The notes: a model not told the origin generated them from the letters alone. A stretch of DNA of 38,019 nt from a virus (IMGVR_UViG_3300022218_000007:1-38019); one strand, 5' to 3'; numbered from the stretch's first letter, positions 8,988 through 16,258 are shown. Translations and numbers: made by a program.

Positions 8988-9677
8988 ATGAGCGAAGAGA
9001 ACGACAAGCAGTATTTAGCACAGATATTGCCAAAGCTTAAAGAGACTATGCCTTACAAATGGCGGGTGCAATCATTCAATAAGAACAAGCCGCAGGCAAC
9101 CTGTGTCGCATACATTGATGCAAGGGATGTTATGGATAGGCTTGACAATGTTTGTGCTTATGGTTGGCATAGAAATCATCAAGAGATGAAGGGCCGTATC
9201 TATGCCGGAGTAGGAATAATTCTCCCCTCTGGCAATATCATGTGGCGGTGGGATTGTGGAACAGAATCAAACACGGAAGCCGAAAAAGGGGAGTCCAGCG
9301 ATAGTTTTAAACGTGCAGCAGTTAATGTTGGAGTAGGACGTTTTCTTTATGATTTAGATATTAAATATTTAGATGCAAACGAGAAGAAAACAAGCAATAA
9401 CTATCCTTATGTGGTGGATAATAAGGGCAAGAGAGTTTGGGATATTACCAAACATATTAATAGGCCAAACAAGCCACCTAAACAACAAGAGCCTGAAAGA
9501 AACTGGATAGCTGAAATAAAAACAGCTTCTACAGAAGAGGAACTAAAGGCTATATTTGGTGAAGCTTATAAATCAACGAAAGGAGAAGAGAAGGCAACAG
9601 TAAAGAGAGAGTATGATAAACGTAAGATTGAAATAACCGAGCTTGGCGGTCGTAGTCAGGCGCAAAGAGGAGAATAG
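8988..9677 (+). CDS. Rad52/Rad22-family (Sak-like) single-strand annealing recombinase
   Basis: AYIDARDVMDRLD ... EKGESSDSFKRAAVNVGVGRFLY, Rad52_Rad22 signature. Confidence 0.88.
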   Translation: MSEENDKQYLAQILPKLKETMPYKWRVQSFNKNKPQATCVAYIDARDVMDRLDNVCAYGWHRNHQEMKGRIYAGVGIILPSGNIMWRWDCGTESNTEAEKGESSDSFKRAAVNVGVGRFLYDLDIKYLDANEKKTSNNYPYVVDNKGKRVWDITKHINRPNKPPKQQEPERNWIAEIKTASTEEELKAIFGEAYKSTKGEEKATVKREYDKRKIEITELGGRSQAQRGE

Positions 9678-9678
9678 A

Positions 9679-9900
9679 ATGGCTAAAAAGTTTGATGTCG
9701 TGTGTATAGTTGGAGAATATAACGGTAAAAAGAAGTATAAGAACGTAGGGATGGTTAATGAAAATGCAGAAGGGAGGTTAAGCCTCAAGCTAGATCATCC
9801 TGTTACGGTAGATGATGAAGGAAAGGTAGTAAGTTGGTTTAGTTTCTTTGAGCCAAGACCAAAAGAGAATGAAGATGATGGCGGGGACATTCCCTTTTGA
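9679..9900 (+). CDS. Small single-stranded DNA-binding protein-like
   Basis: Follows the SSAP; acidic tail ending DDGGDIPF; start reassigned to ATG 9679 after GAGGAG. Confidence 0.65.
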   Translation: MAKKFDVVCIVGEYNGKKKYKNVGMVNENAEGRLSLKLDHPVTVDDEGKVVSWFSFFEPRPKENEDDGGDIPF

Positions 9901-9911
9901 TCTAATCTAAT

Positions 9912-10014
9912 TTTGATGGGGAGTGGAAACACTAGGGAAATGGTTCCCTGCTTTATTTGGCAGATACGCCCCCATCAAACTTTTAATGAGCCTATTAGGT
10001 AGGTTGATTAAAGG
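9912..10014 (+). other. Structured non-coding segment (multi-branch stem plus hairpin) upstream of the cassette array
   Basis: TTTGATGGGG (9912) / CCCCATCAAA (9970) enclosing AGTG-gaaa-CACT and AGGGA-aatggt-TCCCT; a further hairpin at ~9982-10012. Confidence 0.4.
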
Positions 10015-10115
10015 GCTAAATATGCGGATAACCCGCAGCCAAAAAGAGTAGCGATATTGGACACATGGATTATGTTACCGCAGTTTATTTCGGGAACAAG
10101 ACCGAAGAATATTTA

Positions 10116-10220
10116 AATTAACCAGTTTATGGATTAAGGAGGAAACGATGAGCGAAGACAGAGAAGCATATAAAACGAAAAAGCCTATGAGCCAGTCCGC
10201 TGTTGAAGGACTGGTTATAG
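10116..10220 (-). repeat. attC-like site 1 (left arm degenerate)
   Basis: TAACCAGT ... GCCAG T CCGCTGTT G AAG gactg GTTA; contains the RBS and ATG 10148. Confidence 0.55.
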
Positions 10221-10351
10221 CCCTTGAAGCAACCAACAATGCTATGGTGGGGCTGATGACAAGCATAGCACAGCAAGGGACATTGCTGCCGGGGCGGTGG
10301 ATAGAAGAAGATTTAGCCAACATGGCTGACGCAAGAGAAAAGCTGGCCTGA
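10148..10351 (+). CDS. Cassette 1 hypothetical protein
   Basis: AAGGAGG RBS in the site; cassette ends GTTATAGCCC (10214) / GGGCTATAAC (10367). Confidence 0.65.
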   Translation: MSEDREAYKTKKPMSQSAVEGLVIALEATNNAMVGLMTSIAQQGTLLPGRWIEEDLANMADAREKLA

Positions 10352-10369
10352 CTAAAGAAAGACATGGGG

Positions 10370-10491
10370 CTATAACAGATTAGCTCAACTGCGGCCTGAC
10401 CCGCTTGAGCAAGGAGGATTTTAGATGAAAGACCAAGTAAAAACTGAGAATAATGCATCGTTGGCCGTCAATTTGCAGCGTTGGGTTAGGC
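10370..10491 (-). repeat. attC-like site 2
   Basis: TAAC agatta GCTCAACTG CGGCC ... GGCCG T CAATTTG C AGC gttgg GTTA. Confidence 0.8.
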
Positions 10492-10682
10492 GTTTTTTCC
10501 CTTACAAAGCGCATTTTGCCCTTGAATATGATAAAGGCTATGGCGTATTCAAAAGAACAGGGTGGACGGTTATAATAGGGTATTCGATAGTTTGTCAACT
10601 TGAAAAGTATCTTATTTGGGCGCTAGTTAAATCATTATGGCGATATCAAAGCTGGGAGTTAGAGAGCAAACTAAACGCATAA
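10425..10682 (+). CDS. Cassette 2 hypothetical protein
   Basis: Starts inside site 2; ends GTTAGGCGTTT / AAACGCATAAC (1 mismatch); stop codon is the TAA of TAAC. Confidence 0.65.
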   Translation: MKDQVKTENNASLAVNLQRWVRRFFPYKAHFALEYDKGYGVFKRTGWTVIIGYSIVCQLEKYLIWALVKSLWRYQSWELESKLNA

Positions 10683-10874
10683 CAATTTAATTCAATGGCA
10701 TTTGCCACTGAGGAGGACGGAAAGATGGAAGAAATATGGAAATGCGATAAATGTGGACATGAAGGCGGCAACAAGGGCGACTACTCCATTATTCACGAGA
10801 ACTGTGGGGGACAATTTTGCCTTACAACTCAAACAGAACCCGTGGCAGATGTCCTTTGCAATGTGGGGTTATCT
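10677..10874 (-). repeat. attC-like site 3 (long coding loop)
   Basis: TAAC aattta ATTCAATGG CATTTGCCAC ... GTGGCAGATG T CCTTTG C AAT gtggg GTTA. Confidence 0.75.
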
Positions 10875-11030
10875 GCCATTGCTGATTTAATAGAACGGGC
10901 GCAAGATGACACATGTAGGGCGCAAAGACGACTTAGCATGTTTAGAGAAGGGGCGGCAAGAGTTGAGGCGTTGAACGCTAAGCAATGTTTAATCTTGGCT
11001 ATTGATAAATTTAATGAGCTTGGCATATAA
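10725..11030 (+). CDS. Cassette 3 hypothetical protein (N-terminal CxxC encoded in the site loop)
   Basis: GAGGAGG RBS; ends GTTATCTGCCA / TGGCATATAAC. Confidence 0.65.
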   Translation: MEEIWKCDKCGHEGGNKGDYSIIHENCGGQFCLTTQTEPVADVLCNVGLSAIADLIERAQDDTCRAQRRLSMFREGAARVEALNAKQCLILAIDKFNELGI

Positions 11031-11148
11031 CGGGTGAGATAACTGGAAGGTTCCCCGCTCAATGCGGGGGTTCTTCCGGTTCATCGTATGGTTAGGGCGG
11101 CTGTCTCTATAGCCGACCCTCATTATGAAGTTATCTCACCCGTTAAGG
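11025..11148 (-). repeat. attC-like site 4 with nested inverted repeat
   Basis: TAAC gggtga GATAACTGGAAG...CTTCCGGTT C ATC gtatg GTTA (to 11094); 11028-11043 is also exactly inverted at 11130-11145. Confidence 0.75.
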
Positions 11149-11182
11149 CGTCGCGGAGCGATAAAATTAAAGGAGATTTAGT

Positions 11183-11368
11183 ATGAGTGATGAAAAGATT
11201 ATTTTGAAGCCCTGTCCGTTTTGCGGAAAGGAGCCAAGAACAGGACCATCGCCCCGGCATGGCGATTGGGCAATATATTGTCCGAATGTAGTTTGTGGAG
11301 CTATGATTGATCGTAGAAAATCGTATGTAGCGGCAGCAAGTGCGTGGAACCAGAGGACAGGGCGATAG
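11183..11368 (+). CDS. Cassette 4: Lar-family (restriction alleviation) Zn-finger protein
   Basis: LKPCPFCG ... CPNVVCG ... AASAWNQR; cassette ends GTTAAGGCGTCGCGG (11142) / CCGCGACGCCTTAAC (11383), 15/15. Confidence 0.75.
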   Translation: MSDEKIILKPCPFCGKEPRTGPSPRHGDWAIYCPNVVCGAMIDRRKSYVAAASAWNQRTGR

Positions 11369-11390
11369 GCACTTACACGCTACCGCGACG

Positions 11391-11458
11391 CCTTAACGAA
11401 ACGCTAAGCTGTGAGCGGAACGAATTGTAGCGAGTCCGTCTTCAGCAGTGTGTTATAT
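11391..11458 (-). repeat. attC-like site 5
   Basis: TAAC gaaac GCTAAG ... GCGAG T CCGTCTT C AGC agtgt GTTA. Confidence 0.75.
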
Positions 11459-11476
11459 TTTGCGTTCACTTTTAGC

Positions 11477-11505
11477 TTGACATTAGCAAACCGCTTTGTT
11501 AAGGT
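11477..11505 (+). promoter_or_regulatory. Cassette-internal promoter
   Basis: TTGACA -17 bp- TAAGGT with extended -10 TG. Confidence 0.55.
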
Positions 11506-11534
11506 TAAGTATAACCTAAATTAAGGAGGGTACT

Positions 11535-11984
11535 ATGAAATGCTATGACTGTGAAAAGGAATTGACGAAAGAGAAAGAAGAGTTTGGAATATGTGAGCCG
11601 TGCGAAGAAATTAGGGCTAACAAAATGCTTGATGAGATGGAAGAAGAAAACGCACAAAAAGAGATGGACAGAGTTAATAAAGAGGAATGGCAGAGAGAGT
11701 TTTCCAAAAGCGGTGGGTTAAAGAAGAGTGAGAAAAAAACTGAGGCCTGCCGAAAGAATGCAAGCAAGCCTAGGGCGAGGTGGGCAACGGCAATATATTA
11801 CGAGATAGAATATAAGGGGCCAAATGGCAAACGAGGGATTAAGGACGGCCTAATATTGCAAAAAGGGTGTATGAACACCTCCCTTGATTGTAACCGTGAG
11901 GAAGTTGTTGAATTGCTAGAAAAACATTCAGGACAGAAAATAGTTGATTTAAGAAAGTTTCAATCAATGATTAAAAAAATATAA
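11535..11984 (+). CDS. Cassette 5 hypothetical protein (Zn-finger plus basic GG..KSEKK..ACRKNASKPR motif, possibly DNA-binding)
   Basis: AAGGAGG RBS; ends GTTATATTTT (11452) / AAAATATAAC (11976). Confidence 0.7.
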   Translation: MKCYDCEKELTKEKEEFGICEPCEEIRANKMLDEMEEENAQKEMDRVNKEEWQREFSKSGGLKKSEKKTEACRKNASKPRARWATAIYYEIEYKGPNGKRGIKDGLILQKGCMNTSLDCNREEVVELLEKHSGQKIVDLRKFQSMIKKI

Positions 11985-12102
11985 CGTGAAGCTCAACCGC
12001 CGCATTTAATGGCAAATAGGAGGGATGAGGAAATGACAACAGAAAGCAAAGCAGATCAAGAAGCAACCAAGGTTAGCGGTCATTTGAAGCGTGGGGTTAT
12101 GC
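11979..12102 (-). repeat. attC-like site 6 (near-identical to the site at 22589)
   Basis: 25-bp and 60-bp exact matches to 22589-22613 and 22651-22710. Confidence 0.85.
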
Positions 12103-12287
12103 AAAATACGGGAGTTATGTGCATGATTACAGTTAATGACAATAACGCTATTGACGGAATAAGGCATGTAGATATGGGAAATTATTATAAGACTGAAACA
12201 GGTGAACAAGTGGTAGTTACCACAAAAGAATTAGCACAAAGATATCATAAGCTGATAGATGACACTATTTACGTGAGGAAAGCATAA
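12033..12287 (+). CDS. Cassette 6 hypothetical protein
   Basis: Starts inside site 6; ends GTTATGC / GCATAAC. Confidence 0.65.
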   Translation: MTTESKADQEATKVSGHLKRGVMQNTGVMCMITVNDNNAIDGIRHVDMGNYYKTETGEQVVVTTKELAQRYHKLIDDTIYVRKA

Positions 12288-12405
12288 CGTGCAAGCTAAA
12301 GGGCTGGCACACCAAGACTAAAGAGAGGAAACCATGACCAAAGATAGAGAGTATCCCAAAAAAGATGCGCCCCTTAGCCAGTCCGGTTTGAGCGATTTGT
12401 TATCT
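12282..12405 (-). repeat. attC-like site 7
   Basis: TAAC gtgcaa GCTAAAGGG CTGGC ... GCCAG T CCGGTTT G AGC gattt GTTA. Confidence 0.8.
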
Positions 12406-12606
12406 GCGACTCAGGCCGAAGAGGATAGTCATTTTGACGAACAGGTTGCAAAGTGTGGTGACTATGACAACCCTGAAAATGGATGCCCGAAATGTGGCAG
12501 ACAAAGGGTGATGTTGGATGCTGATAAAAAACACAGATGCGAAAAATGCGCTTGGTGCATTGAGGACAATGACTATGACGGAGACTTCTTTCGTCATTTG
12601 AGATGA
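12334..12606 (+). CDS. Cassette 7 zinc-ribbon protein
   Basis: CPKCG...CEKC; starts inside site 7; ends GTTATCTGC / GCAGATAAC. Confidence 0.7.
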   Translation: MTKDREYPKKDAPLSQSGLSDLLSATQAEEDSHFDEQVAKCGDYDNPENGCPKCGRQRVMLDADKKHRCEKCAWCIEDNDYDGDFFRHLR

Positions 12607-12608
12607 GC

Positions 12609-12738
12609 AGATAACGGTGAATTGAGGAGCAAGCGAATGGATGAAATATTACATACAAAACTAGGACCAGGACTTGATTTTGACCCGCTGGAAGAGAAGC
12701 AAGAAGTGAGCGCAGTCGCCTCGAATGTGGGGTTAGAC
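12609..12738 (-). repeat. attC-like site 8
   Basis: TAAC ggtga ATTGAGG ... CCTC G AAT gtggg GTTA. Confidence 0.7.
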
Positions 12739-12891
12739 AGCATCACCTTCTCTAGGGCGCAAGAAAAACAATTAAAATATTTAATAGAAAATGGCGGCAA
12801 ATATAGCGCAGGAACTGTATTTGTGCAAATGCCTAACGGCAAAACAATGTCAGTTGACCCTTTCGGGCGTGTCAAAACGATTGCTGGCTAA
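12637..12891 (+). CDS. Cassette 8 hypothetical protein
   Basis: GAGGAG RBS lies in the site arm; ends GTTAGACAGCA / TGCTGGCTAAC. Confidence 0.65.
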   Translation: MDEILHTKLGPGLDFDPLEEKQEVSAVASNVGLDSITFSRAQEKQLKYLIENGGKYSAGTVFVQMPNGKTMSVDPFGRVKTIAG

Positions 12892-12975
12892 CGAAAAGGG
12901 TAACACGCGCCTGTAAAGCGCACCCTATGAAATTAAAGACGCCGTTAGGCGTCAGATTTAATTTGATGGTTAGGC
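12886..12975 (-). repeat. attC-like site 9 (degenerate)
   Basis: TAAC...CGCCT / AGGCG...tgatg GTTA, with an internal GACGCC-gtta-GGCGTC hairpin. Confidence 0.55.
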
Positions 12976-13005
12976 AAAACAACTTTAATTGATAAGGGGG
13001 TTTAA

Positions 13006-13266
13006 GTGGAATTTATAGAAGGAGATGTTCTTTCGTACAAAGGCGGCTTGGCTATTACTAGCACCGAGGCTGGAATAGTAAAAATGTATGAAGGCCGATT
13101 AGTTAATTTTTACGGGCAAGCCTTTGGAGAAGATAATTTCGATGAAATAGATGATGTTATTAGTGCAGGATTTGAGCATATCGGGAATATAAACACAGAT
13201 AAGGAATTGCTTGAAAGAATGGAGGAAGCTACCCGAGTGCATAATGACTGGATGGACCAGAATTAA
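13006..13266 (+). CDS. Cassette 9: YopX-like C-terminal domain protein
   Basis: IEGDVL ... FEHIGNINTDKELLE resembles the YopX EGDI...EVIGNIYENPELL pattern; ends GTTAGGCAA / TTGCCTAAC. Confidence 0.55.
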   Translation: MEFIEGDVLSYKGGLAITSTEAGIVKMYEGRLVNFYGQAFGEDNFDEIDDVISAGFEHIGNINTDKELLERMEEATRVHNDWMDQN

Positions 13267-13268
13267 TT

Positions 13269-13401
13269 GCCTAACGTTTGACTTAACGGGCTTGCGGCCC
13301 AGGGAGGAAACATGATACCACCAAACGAAAGAGGGTTAAGCACCCTAAAAACTTCAGATGACACCAGTGTTAGCGAGTCCGAGTTGAAGGAATTGTTATA
13401 T
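13269..13401 (-). repeat. attC-like site 10
   Basis: TAAC gtttga CTTAACGGG CTTGC ... GCGAG T CCGAGTT G AAG gaatt GTTA. Confidence 0.8.
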
Positions 13402-13557
13402 GGCGGTGCATACAATTTTAAATATCAGACAGATCGACTCAAATATATTGGCAAGAAAGGCGGCTGGCACCAATTTGAAAAGGTTGGAAAGATGGGGGTG
13501 TGGTGCGAGTTGCTTGATAGTGACCTACACCTGATTGAAGAAACTCAAGACAGATAA
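13312..13557 (+). CDS. Cassette 10 hypothetical protein
   Basis: GGAGG RBS in the site; ends GTTATATGGC / GACAGATAAC (2 mismatches). Confidence 0.65.
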   Translation: MIPPNERGLSTLKTSDDTSVSESELKELLYGGAYNFKYQTDRLKYIGKKGGWHQFEKVGKMGVWCELLDSDLHLIEETQDR

Positions 13558-13614
13558 CGGTGAGGTCACCAGCCGGAGCCATCGGCGACGGTCCGGTGGA
13601 GCGCTGGGTTCTAT
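13552..13614 (-). repeat. attC-like site 11
   Basis: TAAC ggtga GGTCACC ... T CCGGTG G AGC gctgg GTTC. Confidence 0.75.
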
Positions 13615-13639
13615 TTCGCGCCAATAAAGGAGGATAGAT

Positions 13640-13843
13640 ATGATTAAAAAAGTAGAGATTACAGACTGTCATGACACAAATGTGCATTGGGAGGGAACAG
13701 GTGAGTTTACATTGTGTGGATTAGAGGCTTTAGACGGTGACCCTGGCATAGGATTGGGGGCAGCTAAAGAAACAAGAAAGAAAGTTGACTGCCAAACTTG
13801 TCTTGATATAGTCGATCATGTTCGACATATATTAAAGAAATAG
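13640..13843 (+). CDS. Cassette 11 Cys/His protein
   Basis: AAAGGAGG RBS; ends GTTCTATTTC / GAAATAGAAC, 10/10. Confidence 0.7.
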   Translation: MIKKVEITDCHDTNVHWEGTGEFTLCGLEALDGDPGIGLGAAKETRKKVDCQTCLDIVDHVRHILKK

Positions 13844-14053
13844 AACGAATTAATTCAGGGGCTTTTTGCCACTGAGAGGAGATGGGAAAATGGACAGGTT
13901 GAAAGTAGAAATAGAAATAGCACAATTGATATATGACAATATAAGCCCGGATGATCGGAAGCTAACATCAAGGACAATGGCTGCAAAAATAATGACCCTT
14001 ATAACCGAAAAAGAACCCGTGGCAACAAGTCCCGCTGCAATGACTGGTTCTGC
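13840..14053 (-). repeat. attC-like site 12 (long coding loop; related to site 3)
   Basis: GAAC gaatta ATTCAGGGG CTTTTTGCCAC ... GTGGCAACAAG T CCCGCTG C AAT gactg GTTC. Confidence 0.75.
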
Positions 14054-14213
14054 TGCGTTGCTTCGTGAAATGAAAGACGAACTTAGAGGGCATATAAGCG
14101 AACATGAGCTTGATGACGGTGACGAACTGGACACTGAAACCGAGGATTTGATTCTCGGCTGGATAGATAACTTTTTTGAAAACAAAATACATGACATGGA
14201 GCAAGAGCAGTAG
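13890..14213 (+). CDS. Cassette 12 hypothetical protein
   Basis: GAGGAG RBS in the site; ends GTTCTGCTGC / GCAGTAGAAC. Confidence 0.65.
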   Translation: MDRLKVEIEIAQLIYDNISPDDRKLTSRTMAAKIMTLITEKEPVATSPAAMTGSAALLREMKDELRGHISEHELDDGDELDTETEDLILGWIDNFFENKIHDMEQEQ

Positions 14214-14287
14214 AACAGACCAGCTCAGCAGCAGACATAAGCGAAGCAAAGCGAGTGTTGGCTGTCAGCTGGAGCGCCTTGTTAGGC
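14210..14287 (-). repeat. attC-like site 13
   Basis: GAAC agacca GCTCAGCAG CAG ... CTG T CAGCTG G AGC gcctt GTTA. Confidence 0.8.
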
Positions 14288-14293
14288 GAAACC

Positions 14294-14527
14294 ATGGAGA
14301 TTAAAGTGATGGAATTTACAGACAAAGAATATAAATGGCTCAAAGAAGCGGATAGACTATTTAAAAAGAAACCTAAAGGCTTGATGTTATATTCCTGCGA
14401 CAGCGACATTATAGTGTGCAAAAAGGGAGCGAACTGTGGTGATGTTTCCCATAAGATATTTAACAGTGATATCAATTGTTGTAATGTGCTTGTTGATGTG
14501 CATGACGACTATGGTTATGGAGCCTAA
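14294..14527 (+). CDS. Cassette 13 hypothetical protein (start uncertain)
   Basis: Ends GTTAGGC / GCCTAAC; stop codon is the TAA of the core. Confidence 0.6.
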   Translation: MEIKVMEFTDKEYKWLKEADRLFKKKPKGLMLYSCDSDIIVCKKGANCGDVSHKIFNSDINCCNVLVDVHDDYGYGA

Positions 14528-14610
14528 CAAATGTGATAACCAGCGGCAGGAAACGAACACTTAAAAAGCAGAATGGCTGTTAGCCGTCTGCGTTGATTAG
14601 GGGGTTAGGA
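14522..14610 (-). repeat. attC-like site 14
   Basis: TAAC aaatgt GATAACCAG CGGC ... GCCG T CTGCGTT G ATT agggg GTTA. Confidence 0.8.
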
Positions 14611-14616
14611 GGATCT

Positions 14617-14943
14617 ATGAGCGATATATTTACGCACGGCCAACAAATAGAATGCCCTGAATGCCCAGGGACTGGTAAAAGGCAAAGAAAGCCCGTATTA
14701 GAAATGTTGTCAAAAAACTATAGTGGTTGCTCGGTTGACTTTGGCGGTTGCCCAGAATGTGGAAAGGCATGGCAAGTTAGCTATAAAATTGACAACATGA
14801 CCCACGAAGCCGACTGGGATATTCCTTCAAGAAAAGAGAGAGAGCAAGCAGAGGAAAAGGAAGCGGCTAGAAAGCTAGAACAAAAGGAACTGGAAGAATA
14901 CAAGGAATTTGAGAGGCTTAGAGTAAAATTTGGAGCCTCCTAA
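14617..14943 (+). CDS. Cassette 14 zinc-ribbon/coiled-coil protein
   Basis: CPEC x2; the cassette end GTTAGGAGG doubles as the RBS and is matched by CCTCCTAAC (14936). Confidence 0.7.
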   Translation: MSDIFTHGQQIECPECPGTGKRQRKPVLEMLSKNYSGCSVDFGGCPECGKAWQVSYKIDNMTHEADWDIPSRKEREQAEEKEAARKLEQKELEEYKEFERLRVKFGAS

Positions 14944-15022
14944 CTATGAATTAACCAGTGGCGCAACGAAGCCCACTGGAAAAGAAAACGTAACCGCCAT
15001 CTGGTTGAATGGCGTGTTATGC
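14938..15022 (-). repeat. attC-like site 15
   Basis: Minus strand reads TAAC acgcc ATTCAACC AGATGGCG...; plus strand has unpaired T and G on the right arm. Confidence 0.85.
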
Positions 15023-15035
15023 GCGAGGTGATTAA

Positions 15036-15257
15036 ATGAGAGTTGAAAAAACTGGGTATGGAGATAGAGAAGTAGATCACTTGAAAGACGCTGGTCTTGA
15101 AAATAAATTTGCTTCTTTTGAGCAAGTAGAGGACTCGCAGCCAGAGATAGGAATGTATATCGGCTGGAACGAGCCTAAAAAGTTTTGGAAACCATTTTTA
15201 TATATCTCACTCTGGCGGGTTAATTTGAGAATAGGCTGGCTTTGGGAGAGCGCATAA
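15036..15257 (+). CDS. Cassette 15 hypothetical protein
   Basis: GAGGTG RBS; ends GTTATGCGC / GCGCATAAC. Confidence 0.65.
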   Translation: MRVEKTGYGDREVDHLKDAGLENKFASFEQVEDSQPEIGMYIGWNEPKKFWKPFLYISLWRVNLRIGWLWESA

Positions 15258-15338
15258 CAAGTTTAATAAGCTGGCTGTGAACACAAACACTAAAAACGAA
15301 AACACCCCTAACAGCTCCGCTTGATTTAGGGGTTATCT
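15252..15338 (-). repeat. attC-like site 16
   Basis: TAAC aagttt AATAAGC...CTGT ... ACAG..CCGCTT G ATT taggg GTTA. Confidence 0.75.
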
Positions 15339-15350
15339 TGCGAGGATATT

Positions 15351-15551
15351 ATGAAAAGAATAAATTTTAACTGGTTATTTATATGCGGACATATCGGCCC
15401 TGATCTGATTTGGTTTAGAATGGGAACATGGGGCGCAGGAATTGTGGCAAAAAACACCCCTGCTCTTTATAGCGAAAGATGCAAATTTATGATATATCAT
15501 AAAATACCTTTCTCGAAGTGGAGATGTGGATTTTTAAAGGCAGCAAGATAA
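15351..15551 (+). CDS. Cassette 16 hypothetical protein
   Basis: Ends GTTATCTTGC / GCAAGATAAC, 10/10. Confidence 0.65.
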   Translation: MKRINFNWLFICGHIGPDLIWFRMGTWGAGIVAKNTPALYSERCKFMIYHKIPFSKWRCGFLKAAR

Positions 15552-15675
15552 CGATTTGAGCTAAGCGGCTTGTGGCTTAAATTGTTAGAGCCGCTTCAAA
15601 GTAAATAAATATTAATATACCAACGCTGAAAAAGAGGCCACTATTAACAAGTCCGTCTTCAGCGATTGGTTAGCA
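15546..15675 (-). repeat. attC-like site 17
   Basis: TAAC gatttga GCTAAGCGG CTTGT ... ACAAG T CCGTCTT C AGC gattg GTTA. Confidence 0.8.
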
Positions 15676-15713
15676 CCAATATGCTTCTTATGGACTACCC
15701 GTCTGCAAACTAC

Positions 15714-15836
15714 CTATTTGCCGCATTTGCGACCGATAGGCTTGGGCTTAGACCGTTTATGTGCCGGAACACTAACAGTTTTTGGCCCAGGTTTTTTGCC
15801 GACCCGTACAGGACGACACTTGACCTTTGTTGCCAT
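15714..15836 (-). CDS. Cassette 17: 40-aa highly basic peptide (not in ORF track)
   Basis: AAGGAGGT RBS; MATKVKCRPVRVGKKPGPKTVSVPAHKRSKPKPIGRKCGK. Confidence 0.55.
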   Translation of the reverse strand: MATKVKCRPVRVGKKPGPKTVSVPAHKRSKPKPIGRKCGK

Positions 15837-15947
15837 TTGAACCACCTCCTTTTTTGGCCAGTTGCCAACCCATGAATCAACTGACCATATAGAGTGATAT
15901 CAAAAGTGACGGGTAGCCCATAAGGGGCATATTGAAAGGAGTATACT

Positions 15948-16169
15948 ATGAAAAAGATAGAGCAAGAAATAAGACAGCAGGTGGCACTTCAATTAATTAA
16001 AGCTGATGTACCACCCGCAGATATCCTAAATAATGCAGGTCCAATTTCAGAGTGGATTATTTCGGGCTACCACCAGCAGCAACATTCCAACATTCAGAAT
16101 AAAGCGCAAGCCAATATTGTCTGTCCTTTGGTTTTGTGTCCGTCTCTGAGTTCGCAATCCTCTTCATGA
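15948..16169 (+). CDS. Cassette 17 hypothetical protein (3' half overlaps an antisense ORF)
   Basis: AAAGGAG RBS; 73 aa. Confidence 0.45.
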   Translation: MKKIEQEIRQQVALQLIKADVPPADILNNAGPISEWIISGYHQQQHSNIQNKAQANIVCPLVLCPSLSSQSSS

Positions 16170-16224
16170 GATCGTATGCAACGCGGGACTTGGAATCGTT
16201 CTCTAATACAACTTTTTCTGCCAT
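16057..16224 (-). CDS. Cassette 17: 55-aa hypothetical protein (not in ORF track)
   Basis: AAAGGAGG RBS; MAEKVVLENDSKSRVAYDLMKRIANSETDTKPKDRQYWLALYSECWNVAAGGSPK; cassette ends GTTAGCAC (15669) / GTGCTAAC (16258). Confidence 0.6.
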   Translation of the reverse strand: MAEKVVLENDSKSRVAYDLMKRIANSETDTKPKDRQYWLALYSECWNVAAGGSPK

Positions 16225-16258
16225 GATATATCCTCCTTTGGATTTATTAGGGTTTGAG

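Noticed and set aside
9912-9979. tRNA gene
   Set aside because: Cloverleaf-like, but there is no T-loop GTTCRA, no 7-nt anticodon loop geometry and no CCA end.
15666-15875. Plus-strand 69-aa ORF in cassette 17
   Set aside because: TTG start without an SD; the opposite strand has a strong-SD 40-aa ORF.
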